NCBI RefSeq assembly: GCF_000143415.4
Contig: NW_003314310.1
Span: 676,611-740,610, forward strand
Source: Selaginella moellendorffii
Taxonomy: Eukaryota; Plantae; Lycopodiophyta
Length of the DNA: 64,000 nucleotides
Direction of reading: 5' to 3'
Shown here in pieces: positions 9,407 to 22,061 of the stretch. The first letter of the stretch is position 1; every line of letters begins with the position of its first letter. The translations under genes were made by a program, and so were the position numbers. The notes beneath the pieces were generated by a model. It searched no databases, had not been told where the DNA came from, and saw only the letters and a list, made by a program, of their open reading frames with translations.

Positions 9407-10013
9407 AGCCAATATCTAAGTAGGGAGCAAAAATATTGTCAACAGAAAAGGGAATGGAAGATAGGACGAGCTCTCTCTCACTTTTTGTCCTCCCAAAACG
9501 AAATCACCTCGTCAGCCTTGAGTCATGCTGTCGAAAGAACTAAGGAAAAGGAGAAGAAAACTCTGGACGACTTTCGAAAAACTCCCTTCCTCAGATGCGG
9601 GTGACCCTGAAGAACACAGCGTGAGAAAAGCAATAGAAAAAAGAATAAAGCTTTCCTGCAGTGCGGTGCGCTCCGTCCTGCTGCGATCTCCACCGATGCC
9701 GGAGATTAAGTTAAAGTAGTCCATAAGATAATGCGAAAACGCGAATCTTGGCGCTCATGCAAAGTTTGAGCTCTGCCTACGCGCGACTTTTCCACTAGTG
9801 ATTCATCTTCTCATCTTTTTTTTCTCTGGCCAAAGACCCTGTTTGCATGCCAGCGTTCCTAAGTATGGAGAGAGAGAACTGTAAGAACGAGCGAAAATAA
9901 GCAAGAGGGCGAGGCTACCTCTAGGAGATAAGAGACCGGATGGAAATAGGAAGCCCAGCTTCGTACATTTGCTTCTGGAAAAACAGCTTAATGACAAGCT
10001 GGAGCTGTGAGAG

Positions 10014-13000
10014 CTAACTATTCTCCCAAACACTTGGTGCCAATGATCTGTTGCCTGCTGTTGTTGCTGTGCCAAATCGCGGCGGCTGCGATGGAGAGAG
10101 GTAAGTCCAAAAGCTCCGGCAAATGAATTGGTTGCTCACGGCTGAGAGTATAGCACCTGTTGTCTTGCTTGTAAACCTGTGGCTGGAGTTGTAAACGTCG
10201 TCTTCCAGGATGGTGTAGAAGCCGCTGGCACCGCCGGTGTTGTCGTCCAATCCGGCCCTCCACGAGTGGCAGCCCTTGCAAAGGTGTCGAATTGCCCCGA
10301 AGAAGAAGCAGGTTGTGGTGACGAGGAGGCCAGCGAGCAGTAGCGTCCGAAAGTGAAGTTCCCACCATGGACGGACTGCTCCGTCGCCTGTACACATGCC
10401 CTCCCCGTCGCCTTCGCCGCTGAACAGCGTTCGGTCCGAGCAGTCAAGTCGGGCTCCACAGGCGCTGTTGTATGACTCGCAAGCCGAGTGACAGACTCGA
10501 AGTCTGTTGTCACCATCCATATCGCATCTCTGAATTGATATCTGTGTAGCCAAAGGAACAAGGAAAGGAGATCTCTCAGCCACAAACGAAAAGAATTGCT
10601 GGGAACCTTACCCAGCATGCAAGTCGCTGAGCCGCGGCAGCACAGTAGCCATTATCAAACATGTTGAGAAACGATCGGCCGTTTGGTATGAGGCGGTTGT
10701 AGTTGGGCATTACAACCGCTGCTTCCAATTGTTGCAGGATGCTGGCTTCACTGGGTGCACAATGCTGGCCACGCGCATCGCCACTCAGTACGTCCCCACA
10801 CAGGGACAAACTGGGAATGAGTGCACTGCTGTTTTGGCATGTGTAACCGGCGTAGTCCGAGCATCTAAACTCGCACACTCCATTGTCACACACACCACCA
10901 TGTAAACTGCATTGTTCGTCGCAGCTAGCTGCAAAGCAAAAGGGAAGTTAAAGAACACTCTTTGTCGTTACATAAAGCTAGAGCTTTTATACCTGTTGAG
11001 CAATCCAGTCCTGTATATCCAGTTTCGCATTCACAGACGCCAGATGACGAGCAAGTTCCGTGACTACTACAGCCATCCGGGCATGTTCCTGATAGCCATC
11101 AATGTCAGAAAAGAGGCAAGGATGAAGGCACGAGGCATTTCTTACTTGTGCCGCAGTCCTCGCCGTCATATCCAAGAAAGCAGCTGCATTTCCCTTGAAT
11201 GCACTCGCCATTAAGATTACAGCCATTAAGGCACTCTCCAGGCATTGAGCGCACCTCATCACACAGCTCCGAATAAGCTGGACATATCAATTCTCCTGCC
11301 ATAGTTTGGAGGGTTAAAGCACCAACCAACACCATCAAGTCAACTCGTACCATTGAAATTTGGAAACTGAATGGGACCACCTTCCCGAGGACAAGATTTC
11401 CAAAAGCTATCCACCGCAACCTATAAAACGGTATATCAAACCATATAAATATCTTCTTGAATAAAATGCCCACCTCCAATCTATCCCCTACACATCGGTG
11501 TTGGTAACAACCATTCCCCTGAGTCAAAGTTCCTCTCACAAAACCCGTTCGAACAAGGGATGATGCCATGCATCTGAAACATATATCCAGAATTATTAGA
11601 TTCCAAGGAGAAAAAAGACTATTTGCCTTGAATCATGCCCGCGCATTTCGCCGAGCATCTTATCAGGTACACGAGCACTGTTGACATCGGTGCATGAACC
11701 GTCAGAATAGGCAACAAAATACGCACAATAATCTGCCAAGGAAGATTGTCCACCTGAGAAGCAAACCAAGGAAACCATGAAAAAACAGAAACCGAGCAGC
11801 TTGGATCACTTGCCTTTGTTGGGCTCCAAAAAGTAGCGCGCCCAATTCGGAAGGTCGCCCGAGTATCTAACTATTGGGCAGTAGCCTTCGGCCTCTCTAT
11901 TATATGTACAACCTGAAGAGTGTGTTGAGTTACAAAAGTACGCTCCCTTCCACTGATTACACGGAGATGTCAGAAACGCTTCTCCTTGACTTCGGCCCCA
12001 GTCAAGCTGCTCTGCCATGCTGTAGTTTGCGCGATACCAGCCACTATCTTCTAATAGTGCTAGTGTCATAGCAGAGACGACTGAACGAGTATCGACAGAG
12101 CCTGTCATGATCTCATTCATAAGAAGCCGTTTCTCCCAATGCGAGCCTGCAAAGCGTAAAGTAAAATCGAAATTCACTCGAACATAAAGAAATACCTGCA
12201 GTGCCCCTCCCCCCTCCATCTTCGAGTTCCAACCCGCCTATTTCAGTGGAATAAGCCTGTAACAAGTCTGTACTTAGTACTAGAACCATGAAAAGGAAAC
12301 GATACCCCGTAGTGTTGGCGAGAATGCATCACTACACGGGGAAGTACAACGCGTGTAACAGCTCGTTGTAACTTCGAATCGTAAGACTGGACAACCACCT
12401 GCAATCACAAATAAGTTTAAAGATCAAGTCCCAAAAGTTATAGCTTTTGTATTACCTCACTTCTCCTGCGTTTCCGCTCATCGCGAAAATGAGCGAACGC
12501 ATGAGGATCAAACCCAAGAACATGCATCACCTAATAAACGGCCCAGTTAAGCTTCTTAAAGACAGGAAAAACACGACACAAACCTCGTGAATCAAAGTGG
12601 CAGACAATAAAGTTTCCGCCTCGGCAGTCAGATGCCTTGGCGCAACATTGACATGACCTGCTCACAAAAGCACAACGTCAAAAACATCAAGCGGGAAAAT
12701 AGGCATGCTACCAGCAATAGCTCTTCCCCACTGATCGCGTTCACACGCAACTGCCCATGCGAGCGTGTTACCAGTGGTAGGCCTCGTCGTGACAAGTAAA
12801 ACTAAATCGGCTTCCCAGACACCCTCTGGAAAGACAAAGCTCGTAAAGAACTCCAAAGCAAGAAAAAGCGTAAACGCGTACCATCAACATATTGCCGGGG
12901 CAATTGCACGCCACCATCCTGACCACACGCTGAATACCCACTCAGCCTTAAAGGTCCTTTCACGGGCTCAACCGAGAGTGTTCTTCTAAACCATGAAGCA

Positions 13001-13727
13001 GTTTCGCCAAGAGCCTGCTCAAGTTGGGAGCTCACACACAGCCACTTACATCGAATGCTTTACCTCGTGCAGGCGCTGCTTTTTATCCTCCCCGGAGATG
13101 TCATCAACTGTGCAGTTGTACCAACAATCGCCATAGACAGGAGGATCGGCTCGGGAATTACAGAACGGCACTTTGTGTCCGTCACCCGAAGGAGGCTCAC
13201 CAAGCTGCAGGAGAGAACGCGTATAAAAAACGACCTCTTTCGCATATAAAAAACACACCTTGACAATGTCTCCGACTTTTCTGCAGTCTCTGTCAGGCGA
13301 ATGGCCAACAGCGTCGTAATTCAAGAAGATCCGGATTGGTCGCCGCCCATCTAAGCTCAGCTCGTCCAAGCTCATCAATCTCCGCCCCGTCGCAGCTTCC
13401 TTGTTGTTGCGCCCATACATTTGCGGAGTGACTGTGTACTCTTTCAATCCATAGCGCCTTCGCTGCTCTAAAATCTCCCCGTGGATACACGAGTGAGACT
13501 GCGGGGCACCAATCTCCTCCCGATGCTTCCCGCCATAACCCAGCTTACTCGACGCGGCAGAAATCCAGCCGAGAAGAAAAAAAGCCTGGAAAACATGACA
13601 AACCAAGCTGTCAGCTCGGCCCAGCAAAGCGAAGAAACGAAAGAGAGAAGAAACCATGTACCTCAATAAGAAGAAGTTTCCAGAGGAGCCAACGAGCTTG
13701 GAAAGGTCCAGCATAGTAGACCTTCAT
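10014..13727 (-). CDS. Leishmanolysin-like (peptidase M8/invadolysin) zinc metalloprotease with Cys-rich/EGF-like C-terminal region and a TM segment, many exons
   Basis: HSCIH propeptide Cys-switch-like motif, ADLVLLVTTRPTTGNTLAWAVACERDQWGRAIAG, HE|VMHVLGFDPHAF (HExxH split by an intron at ~12585/12530), ELEDGGG..GSHWEKRLLMNEIMTGS, TLALLEDSGWY and SSLADYC. Predicted start MKVYYAGPFQARWLLWKLLLIE|AFFLLGW at 13727. Confidence 0.9.
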
Positions 13728-15869
13728 TGCACTCTTTGCCGCCTCCTCCTGTGTGTGAGTCTCAAGCTACTACACCATCATAGACACCCACGATTCAACC
13801 CAATCTTTGGATCGAGCTGACAAAATCTGGGCTGGGAGCTGCGAGGCTTTGATCCGTGGCAGCGTCTGGAAGCCATAACGAGCTACGCCTCGCCCTGCCC
13901 CTAGCTAGAAACCCCTGGCTTGCTTCACGGCAACGCATTTGCGCCCCAAACCGCGTGGAAATCTACCATAATCTCGGCGACGAAGCCATCCCACCATTCC
14001 CCGAATGTCAGCAAGCAATGCCGCCAGCTCCGGCGACGCCGGACACGACCCCGGCCAAGACTCCCTGGAATCACACCCACATTGTGCTTACGCTGGCCGC
14101 ATCGCCAAAACCCCAGCTCCGCCGCACGGCGCCGCCGCACAGGACTGGCGAATGCGAACCCTAGAAGCCGCGGGGCGAATCCCTGGATCGAGGAGGAGCT
14201 GGGGCGATCGCGGCAGCGGCACTGGCGGCCGGATGGACAGTGAAAAGAAAGGGATGGAAGAAAACGAGAAGTAGGGCCTCCACACCCTGTGCGCTGCGCT
14301 GTGCGATGAGCCCTGCCCCCTCTGCGAGTAAAATAACAAGAGGCTGGAGCCTCCCTGTGTGTGGATTGTGTGTTATGTGAGAAAATTACACCAGTGCGCC
14401 CTTCCCTTTCTATTCTATGGTATTCGCAAAGCAAAGCCCGAGAGCTCTAACTGGATTGGAGAGGCGGGCGTGAAGTCCGGGGGCAAAAAAGCGGATCCCC
14501 CGTAAATAGTGAAAACGCGCGCCTTTAACTTGCCCTTCTTTTCCTTTTAACCTACCGGGTGAAAAATCGCTACCAATGGGATTGGGATTTTTGGGATTTC
14601 TCCTGTCCCTCTCCATGGTTTGTAAACATGTCTCTCTCGCTCCATGCGGAGATTCCTTTCTTCTGTACGCGATAGATTCTTTTCCAGTCCAAAAGATTCC
14701 CTCCTTGTGTTTCCTTGTTTGATTTTCTCCAGTCCAATTGACTACATCACTCGCAGAGGACAAACAAAACGCGAGGAAATTTTTGAGAGATGGAATGGAA
14801 AAAATCGAGCGTCCAGAAACACCAAACTTTCCTGACATCATCTTCCACCCAGCAGCGAGCAGCCGAGCGACGATTCCTTTGTTTTGGATTTCTTCGATCT
14901 CTCCGATTTCTCGCCTCCTTATCTTAGTAGTAGTGTCGCGCTTTGTTTAAGTTGAAAGAACGAGCGCTTCTCCTGCGGTGTCAACGCGTCACATGGACAG
15001 CCTCTTGGGCTCTTTGTCCGTGTCTCTTTCTCGGGCGAATTGATGCTCCAATCCACTGAAAGATCGTAGCTTAAGTGAGTAGCACTGCTCGTTGGAGCTC
15101 TAGTTTCTTTGCTTGATCCAAAGAGCGATTCCACGTACTTGGCTCACTGAAACGATCGCGATCAGTAAATAGCTGTTAACACTGGAAAACAACGAAGACA
15201 CACAGTGGAAGCCAGAAGCAAAAAAGAAAGGAAAAGAAAGACAAGCACTTGGAGCACGACGAGCGGGGCACACACACAAACGCCATGGAAGGCAAGTATA
15301 GAAATGGAAAAATCAGTCTTTCCTTGCAGAAAAAAGCCTGTAACCGTCTGCCATGCATCTCGTACACAAAACCAGGACTCACGAGTTTGGTATACTTACA
15401 TTTCATTCTTAGTCTTGCACGATATTGAAAGTGTATGCGCACGAAATCATCCTGTGCGAAAAGTTGGAGTCCGTGGCAAGAACTTCGAGCGCATATCACT
15501 CGGGGATGTCTTTCACATTTGTTATCTCCGAAAGAAGCTTCTCCACCAACCTGTGAAGCGTGAGAAAAAACAAAGTCTCGTCTATACCTCTCGTTAGTTT
15601 TTCGTTGCTGAGGTGAAAAATGTGGTCCCATATCGAATCTGCCAAGTCAGTCAAGGTTGGAGCAAGAAATTATCGAAAAAGGTGATTTACCTGGAGTGTA
15701 CTTCCTGAAGACGCTGTGGCCTGCGAAAAGAAGAAAACGAAACTGATAAGTTACGAACTACCTCTACGGTTTCCTCGAAGAACAGAAACAGAACAAGACA
15801 ATCAGTTTCGGTTAACGTCGACTCAGCAGTTCGATGGTACTACCGAACTTACAGGCTAGAATCTATGTT

Positions 15870-18800
15870 TCACTTGGTTTCAGTGCCCAATCCCTTCTGC
15901 ACCAACGCCAGTACTTGGTGTGCTAAATTCTCCGAGAACCTGGTTGAATAACGCTCTAAAAGGCCTTCTATGTCAACTGAAGAACGAGCTACATCAGAAG
16001 CACCAAGTGAAGCAGCAGTGTTTGGCCTTGATAAAAGCCCTGGAACGAAACAAAAGCCGCACGTAAAGCATAGAAATGCAGTACAAGAGCACTCACCGTT
16101 GTCTGAGGTTGGAGTATCGGCTGCTCTTTCACTAGTGGCTGTCAAAATACCGCGAGTAGATAGCTGGTTTGCAAGGTTCTGAATCTTCTGCAAAGCGTCA
16201 GGGAGTACGCTTTGATAAGACTGAGTAAGTCTTGCCGCCAAGTCCAAGTTCGAAACGCCAAAGTTGTCCACCGGAAACTCTTGCAGCTCGGAAAACAGGC
16301 TTGTCGCTCGCTCAGCAGCCCGTTCCAGATCTTCCAAAGCAGCAACATATTCACACTCTGGTCGTGGTAGGCATCCGCCAAATTCGGGTACCGCTTCCAT
16401 CATTTCTGAGAAATTAAGCATTAGAAAAACTGTTTTGTGAAGCTGACATCTTACTCTGTGGACTCGTGCACATATCAGCCAAGTTTCCAGGAGATGAAGG
16501 AGCGGACTCAATAGTGGATGCAGTTCCGCAAGAGACATCCTCAGCTTCAACCATAGGTCTCTTGGGTGCATCTAATGGACGCATTTTATAATCATCTGGT
16601 TGTGTTGTTTCTTCTGGTTCGTAGTTGTTACTGCTCAAGTGCTTAGTTGGAGTGCTTTGGTTAGTGGTATCTTCCAAAGGCCTCTTCTCCGCTTTGCCAC
16701 CTTCGCACACAGCCATCCCGAGATTTACTAAACGTTCACGCATGCGTTGAACCTCCGAAGCCATTTTATCCTGATAACATGACTTTTTTCAGCAACATCT
16801 ATCAGGGATACTAGCATACCTGACGCTCTTGAAGCTTCAGACGCTCACGCTCAGCTGCCAATAAGCAACCTGGGTTACTAGTGACGTCATCGTCCTCTAA
16901 TAGAGCATCCTGATTTTGTACAATAGGTGTTCTAGTTGTCCGAGCAAAAAACCGTGCAGATAGACTACTTCGAGTTGAAGAGTTAGCCTGCCATAAGCGT
17001 ATTAAGACGAGTAAAAATGAGCTTTCCACATTTTCTACCTTGGCAGCCGATGTGAGCTTGTCGAAATGAGCACTGAAAAGATCCCTGCGTGGACTAGAAT
17101 TTTCGTCCCAGCCATCAGTGTCGTCGCCAGGAGAGACATTACAGTCCATTGGCGAGCTACTGCAGTTTTTAACTTCATCTCTCCCACTGTCTATGCCGAC
17201 AATCTGGTCGCCGGCATTTTTCCCATTGTCCAAAGCATGGTTGCCACCATCTTTTCTGGGCGTGGACATAACTGTTTCTTCAAAAGTGCCCAGTCCTCCG
17301 CATTTCGGACCTTCATATTCCGGAAGGCATACAACTAAACCATCTTCCTGTTCTTCCGCACTCGAAGCAAAAGTTGTTGTAATGACTCTAGAACCAAAAT
17401 GGTGAGCTGCCTCATCTCCGTGACCTGTATCTGGCAAAAAGTCCATTTCATCAAAAAAGACAGTGTGCACAGTTTTCCACTGCGTCTCCTTCCTACAAAA
17501 TAAGTGAAGTTAGAATGTTTTGGTAAACGAAAAGCTCATATATACCTTGGCGGGTCTCTAGGACTAGACATGGGGCTCCCATCAGTTTGTGAATTTAATG
17601 AGCTTTCTGGCGTGCTGTCTTGATTTGTTACGCTATTTTCCACTGAAAATCGTCTGCGGGCACCAAATCCGCTCACATGAATGGTTGCAGGAGGCGTTTC
17701 TTCTCCCGCCTCCGTTGCAAGCTTGTAGCCGTGATTTCCGACTCTCTGCAAAAGTTGGCCATGTTAGCTATGGAAGCACAACAAAATACAGCACCTCGAC
17801 CCATCGTGACTCTGCAGATTGAGCATTTTCTTCTGGATTATCCGCAGTGGTTCTTTTTGAGCTTTCACTGTTCTCTTCCTCCACCTTCGACTGCGCCCAA
17901 GATGGCAGCTTTGAGACGCTGAATTTAAAAGAAGGTTCCTCGTTTGTTGCAAGTGCTGGATTTTCCTGAGCTGAATCCACGAGGGACAACCTGATCAATG
18001 ATGTTTTGCTTGTTCTCAAGCGACCTATCTGTGACCGCTTCAGTGCAGACTTCAAATATCTTGGCGGCGGTTGAGCTTCTGCTTGAGAGATCAATTTTCT
18101 TCTCATAGTCCGAGACATGATTGGAGGAAGCTTCCAGATGAAAATGCAGCTGTCACCACTGACCTGAAATCAATCTCCCAATAGAAAGAAATATTAAGAA
18201 ACACGAAACACTTACTGAAATCAAATGCTTGCAGTCGGGTAGCCAAGACATGCCAGTAATTACTTCAGCATGTCCCGATGCATGCGTTAGTAATTCGCCG
18301 CTTGCAAAATCATAAAGCCTTATACACTTATCCGAGTGCGAACATAGTACAAAGGTGCCGCTAGGGTCAACTCTAACCTGAAAGAAAACATGAGCCAGGA
18401 CCAACTTGAAATTATGCATTACCTTGATTGGTTCACCGAAGTCGGATTCAGGTTTAATATTTCTCACTGGTTTTCCAGTAGTCAGATTCAGAATGTTCAC
18501 TTTCTTGTCCTGAAGCAGCTAAATATCAGAAACGAGTATACAAAATTGATATGTAACACCTGTTCCGCCGTGACCACGAACTTCTCATTGGGATGTAAAT
18601 CCATGTCGTATATCGTACCACGCAGAGCAACTTCTTGATGATAGCGCGAACTTCTTGTGCAACCGTCCTTCGATTCAATGTGACGGAAAACAACTGATCT
18701 GAAAAAAAAAAACAGATAATAAATATGCACAAAACATCTTAAGCAGTTACTTATCGGCGCTGCAGCTAAGTAATCTTGTCCCTCCACAAGCAAACTTTAC

Positions 18801-21158
18801 TCCAGTGATAGACGCGGAATGATCATCCAAAGTTTCTATGACTTCAAAATTTCTGTCATAAAAAATACTTATCATTTTAATATACTGAAAGAAAACTTAC
18901 TTAACTCACCGATTAACGTCGTACATGTGAACTAAACGGTCTCTTCCTCCAGATGCTAGAAGCGGCATTTGTTCTTCCGATCTTGTTTGAAATCCAGCAC
19001 TGAAACTTAACGACAAAATTTCGGCGTCATGTGCTTCCTGCTCGGATCCACCATGATGTTCACAATGAAACCTATAGGGTAAGCCATCATCAGCCATTAT
19101 AGGAAGTACTCTACATCAAGCAGACAAAAGGAATCAACTAAGAATACATTCTCTAACAGAAAACCATAACAAATATTCAAAAGTACCTGGAATGAAACCA
19201 TTTCAAAAGTCATCAGGTCGTAGACACGGAGGTTGCCGGAGCGGTCTCCTGACGCCAAATACTTCCCATCGGCGCTCACGCTTATAGCTCGAAATCCTTG
19301 AGAAGAATCCTGAGAATCAACATCCTGCTCAGAAGGCCTTAAGATGTCCTTCACATCTGCAAGGAGAAACGTGCTAGATTTAAAACTGCTAAAGCTCGCA
19401 AACAATGCTTACCAGTGTATAGAACTCCAAGAATGTCTTTGCAATAAACATTTGCTGATTTTGAAGCAACTGCCTGAGATACGTCCTTATCCGGGCCAAC
19501 ATTCCACAAACGAATACTCCCATCCGCTGAGCATGTCGCGAAGCATTCACCGCCTACGACATTTTCCTTGCCAGCATTTGACTTGAGAGCGTGAAACTGA
19601 GGAACGGAGGTGACATCCCAAATGCAACTCGCGTGACCGAGGAACGTCCGACATCGAGAAATCTAGTAGGAAGCTCGCGTTAGAACTTCTGCATCGGGCT
19701 CTCAACTATTATTGTCTGACCTTAGAAAAATCGCGGACGTCCCATACGTAGAGACTATGATCTCCATAGACAACAGCTGCATCAATCATCACGTTAGAAA
19801 AGTACCGACCATGAATCCATCTCCATCAGTACCAATTCTGTCACCACTGGCAATGAAAGAGCAGGCGACAGCGTCCGGAAAATTGATGCCATGCACACGG
19901 CCTACTGAGAGAGCAGTGCACATGTTGGAGTCTGTAAGCCCATGATATCCATATGGTGCCGGCCGTGGAAGTGTAGCAGCATATGCAAGAGTCCCAAGCG
20001 CGAACAATCTCACGATTCCATCGCTACAGGCGCAAGCTACATGTGTTTCCGACACAGCCAAGTCAAAGCCACGGCGAACCTGTCAAATAATCTTAGACCC
20101 ACAGCAGAATATAAAGCATTGGAAAAACCTTGAGATCGACCCACTTCTCGACAGCTATTCCCAAGTGTAGAAGACACAAGATACCTGTACAAGATGTGGT
20201 CAGAACAGAGAACAACTTCGACGTCCAAGAGGTACAGACCTGCATTTGTCAGGACGTATATGGGATGTATATTAGCAGACTGCGCCGCTGGATCTTTCGA
20301 CGATGAGATCGACACGAAGGAACCATCCTTCTGGCTACCCAGGTTGATAGCTTTGCCTTCGAGTGTGGAGCCGTTTGCAGCCGTCGGGCGAGCTCGTCCG
20401 CCTTGTACTACTGACCATTGCCGGAGATGCTTGATACCAGCTGTTATGAAGAAGCTCCCGTCGGACGCATAGTGGACCGATGATACAGGAGATGAGACTG
20501 TACTCGTTCGAGTTTTAGAAAGCAGTGTCCCGCTTCTCCATTCCCAGAGACAGAGAAATCCGTCGTGTGGAACTCCAACAGATACAATGTGCCTCCCTGT
20601 GGAGACATAAGTAAGCCTAGATTGTCATGCTGAGAAAAATGCATGCGTACCATTGGGAGAAAACTCGACACAAGAAATCCCAATCTTGTGGGTTTTGAGC
20701 TCGATCATGCATTGTCCACTGATAGAATCCCAGATAATTACAGCAGGTTGGTGCCCCGACTGAAAGGAAGAAGTTAATGAGACATTAAGAGCTTCTAAGT
20801 TAAAAAAAAATCCAGTGAGTGAATGAATACCTCTCCAGCAGCGACGAGTTTTCCCCCGTGGTAAGAGTAGGCGACGCATGACACTGCCTTTGGAGTCCTG
20901 TTGGCGATCAAAAACCGCGACTGCGTGTTCGTCTTGGGGTTGTAGATCACGACCACGCATCCAGCAATGTAGGCGACCTCGCCAGTAGCTGCATTGGTCG
21001 CTAGACCGCTCGCATTCGTCACAGTCAGTCCAATGACTCGCTCCAGCTCGATCTGCCAGCGAAATATTGAGACAACACAAGAAATCTCTCAGCTGGAAAG
21101 CAAGCCCTACCCTGCCATTGGCGTCTGTCTTCTTGATCTTCCGCCGGAGCAGCCTCAT
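15870..21158 (-). CDS. WDR62/MAPKBP1-like WD40-repeat protein, multi-exon
   Basis: LERVIGLTVTNASGL...GEVAYIAGCVVVIYN, AAGE|SGHQPAVIIWD, ACACSDGIVRLF, GFRAISVSADGKYLASGDRSGNLRVYDL, EAHDAEILSLSFS, LASGGRDRLVHMYDV, DDHSASITGVKF, GTIYDMDLHP, DPSGTFVLCSHSDKCIRLYDF and GHAEVITG, followed by a long low-complexity C-terminal region. Confidence 0.9.
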
Positions 21159-21309
21159 TCCCGGAAGAACTAATCCAGTGCTGAGCGACCAAGGCGAAAG
21201 ATCTCAAGGCGAGCTTGGCGAGATCATAGAGCACCAATGGCAATGCCCTAGCACGCCGCTGAGCAAAGAAACCAGAGAGGAGGGAAGTAGGGCTATTTCA
21301 AAATGAATG

Positions 21310-21432
21310 AACATTACGGTGGACATTCCGAAATTTCGGGATCTTTCCATAACGGTATCCATGAAATCCAACGGCGGAGCACGCATTCCGCTAGCTAGAA
21401 CCGACGGCTGTGGGAGTTTGAGTTAGGGTTTA
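21310..21432. promoter_or_regulatory. Shared bidirectional promoter with MSA-like AACGG elements and a telo-box
   Basis: CCATAACGGTA (AACGG 21351-55), ATCCAACGGCG (AACGG 21370-74), near-matches TTACGGT and CGACGGCT, and TTAGGGTTT at ~21423, all between head-to-head ATGs at 21158 and 21438. Confidence 0.45.
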
Positions 21433-21437
21433 TAGCG

Positions 21438-21948
21438 ATGGAGGGAGGAAGCACGCGCATGGGCAGCAGATCCTCGACGCGGCACGGCCCCGGATCGGTA
21501 GTGTTTCAGGGCCCGGTGAGGAAATGGCGCAAGTCCTGGGCACCGATCGTCACTACCTCGGCGACGCATGCGAGCTCCAGGGTCCTGCTCTACAAATGGA
21601 GCCCGATCTCAGGTTTCTTGCCCCAATTTCCTTGCGGACTGAGCTGGATCGTGTGTGATTGACGCGCAGTGAGCAAAGACGATGCCGCGGAGGAGCAGCT
21701 AAACTCTCCAGCAATTCGATTTGTTCCTGTGAGTTCTTCTACTCGCATTCCATGCATTTGGAAATCTCTTCCATGGCTGCTGCTACTGCATAGATCATCG
21801 CTAAAACCAGTGAGAATGTGTCCAGGTCTCCGTGATCCTCGCAAGAAAAATGGAAGAAGAGAAGCAAGAACGAGAACAAGAGCTGGAAGAAGACGATGAC
21901 GCTGGCGGCCAAGCCGATATGGACGAAGACAAAGATATATCCTCCTAG
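21438..21948 (+). CDS. BDH: BCL7-domain homolog (plant BDH, SWI/SNF-associated), 3 exons
   Basis: MEGGSTRMGSRSSTRHGPGSVVFQGPVRKWRKSW...VLLYKWSPIS|...IRFVP|VSVILARKMEEEKQEREQELEEDDD...ISS*. This matches the plant BCL7-like pattern RSSTRYGP.TVF.GPVRKWKK.W...LLLYKW.P...F.YVP plus an acidic tail. Confidence 0.85.
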
Positions 21949-22061
21949 TTTTAAAGGATGTATGTACATAGTTTTTGAGACTAGATAAGGGGCGAATATC
22001 CTCCTTCTCTCTTGTTTGAGTACTAGGGTTTTTAGTGTTTCTCGGGGTTTTCTCGAGCGCA

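Noticed and set aside
13850-14450. Several overlapping GC-rich ORFs upstream of the M8 peptidase
   Set aside because: No recognisable domain or consistent frame. More simply explained as GC-rich 5'UTR/promoter of the peptidase gene.
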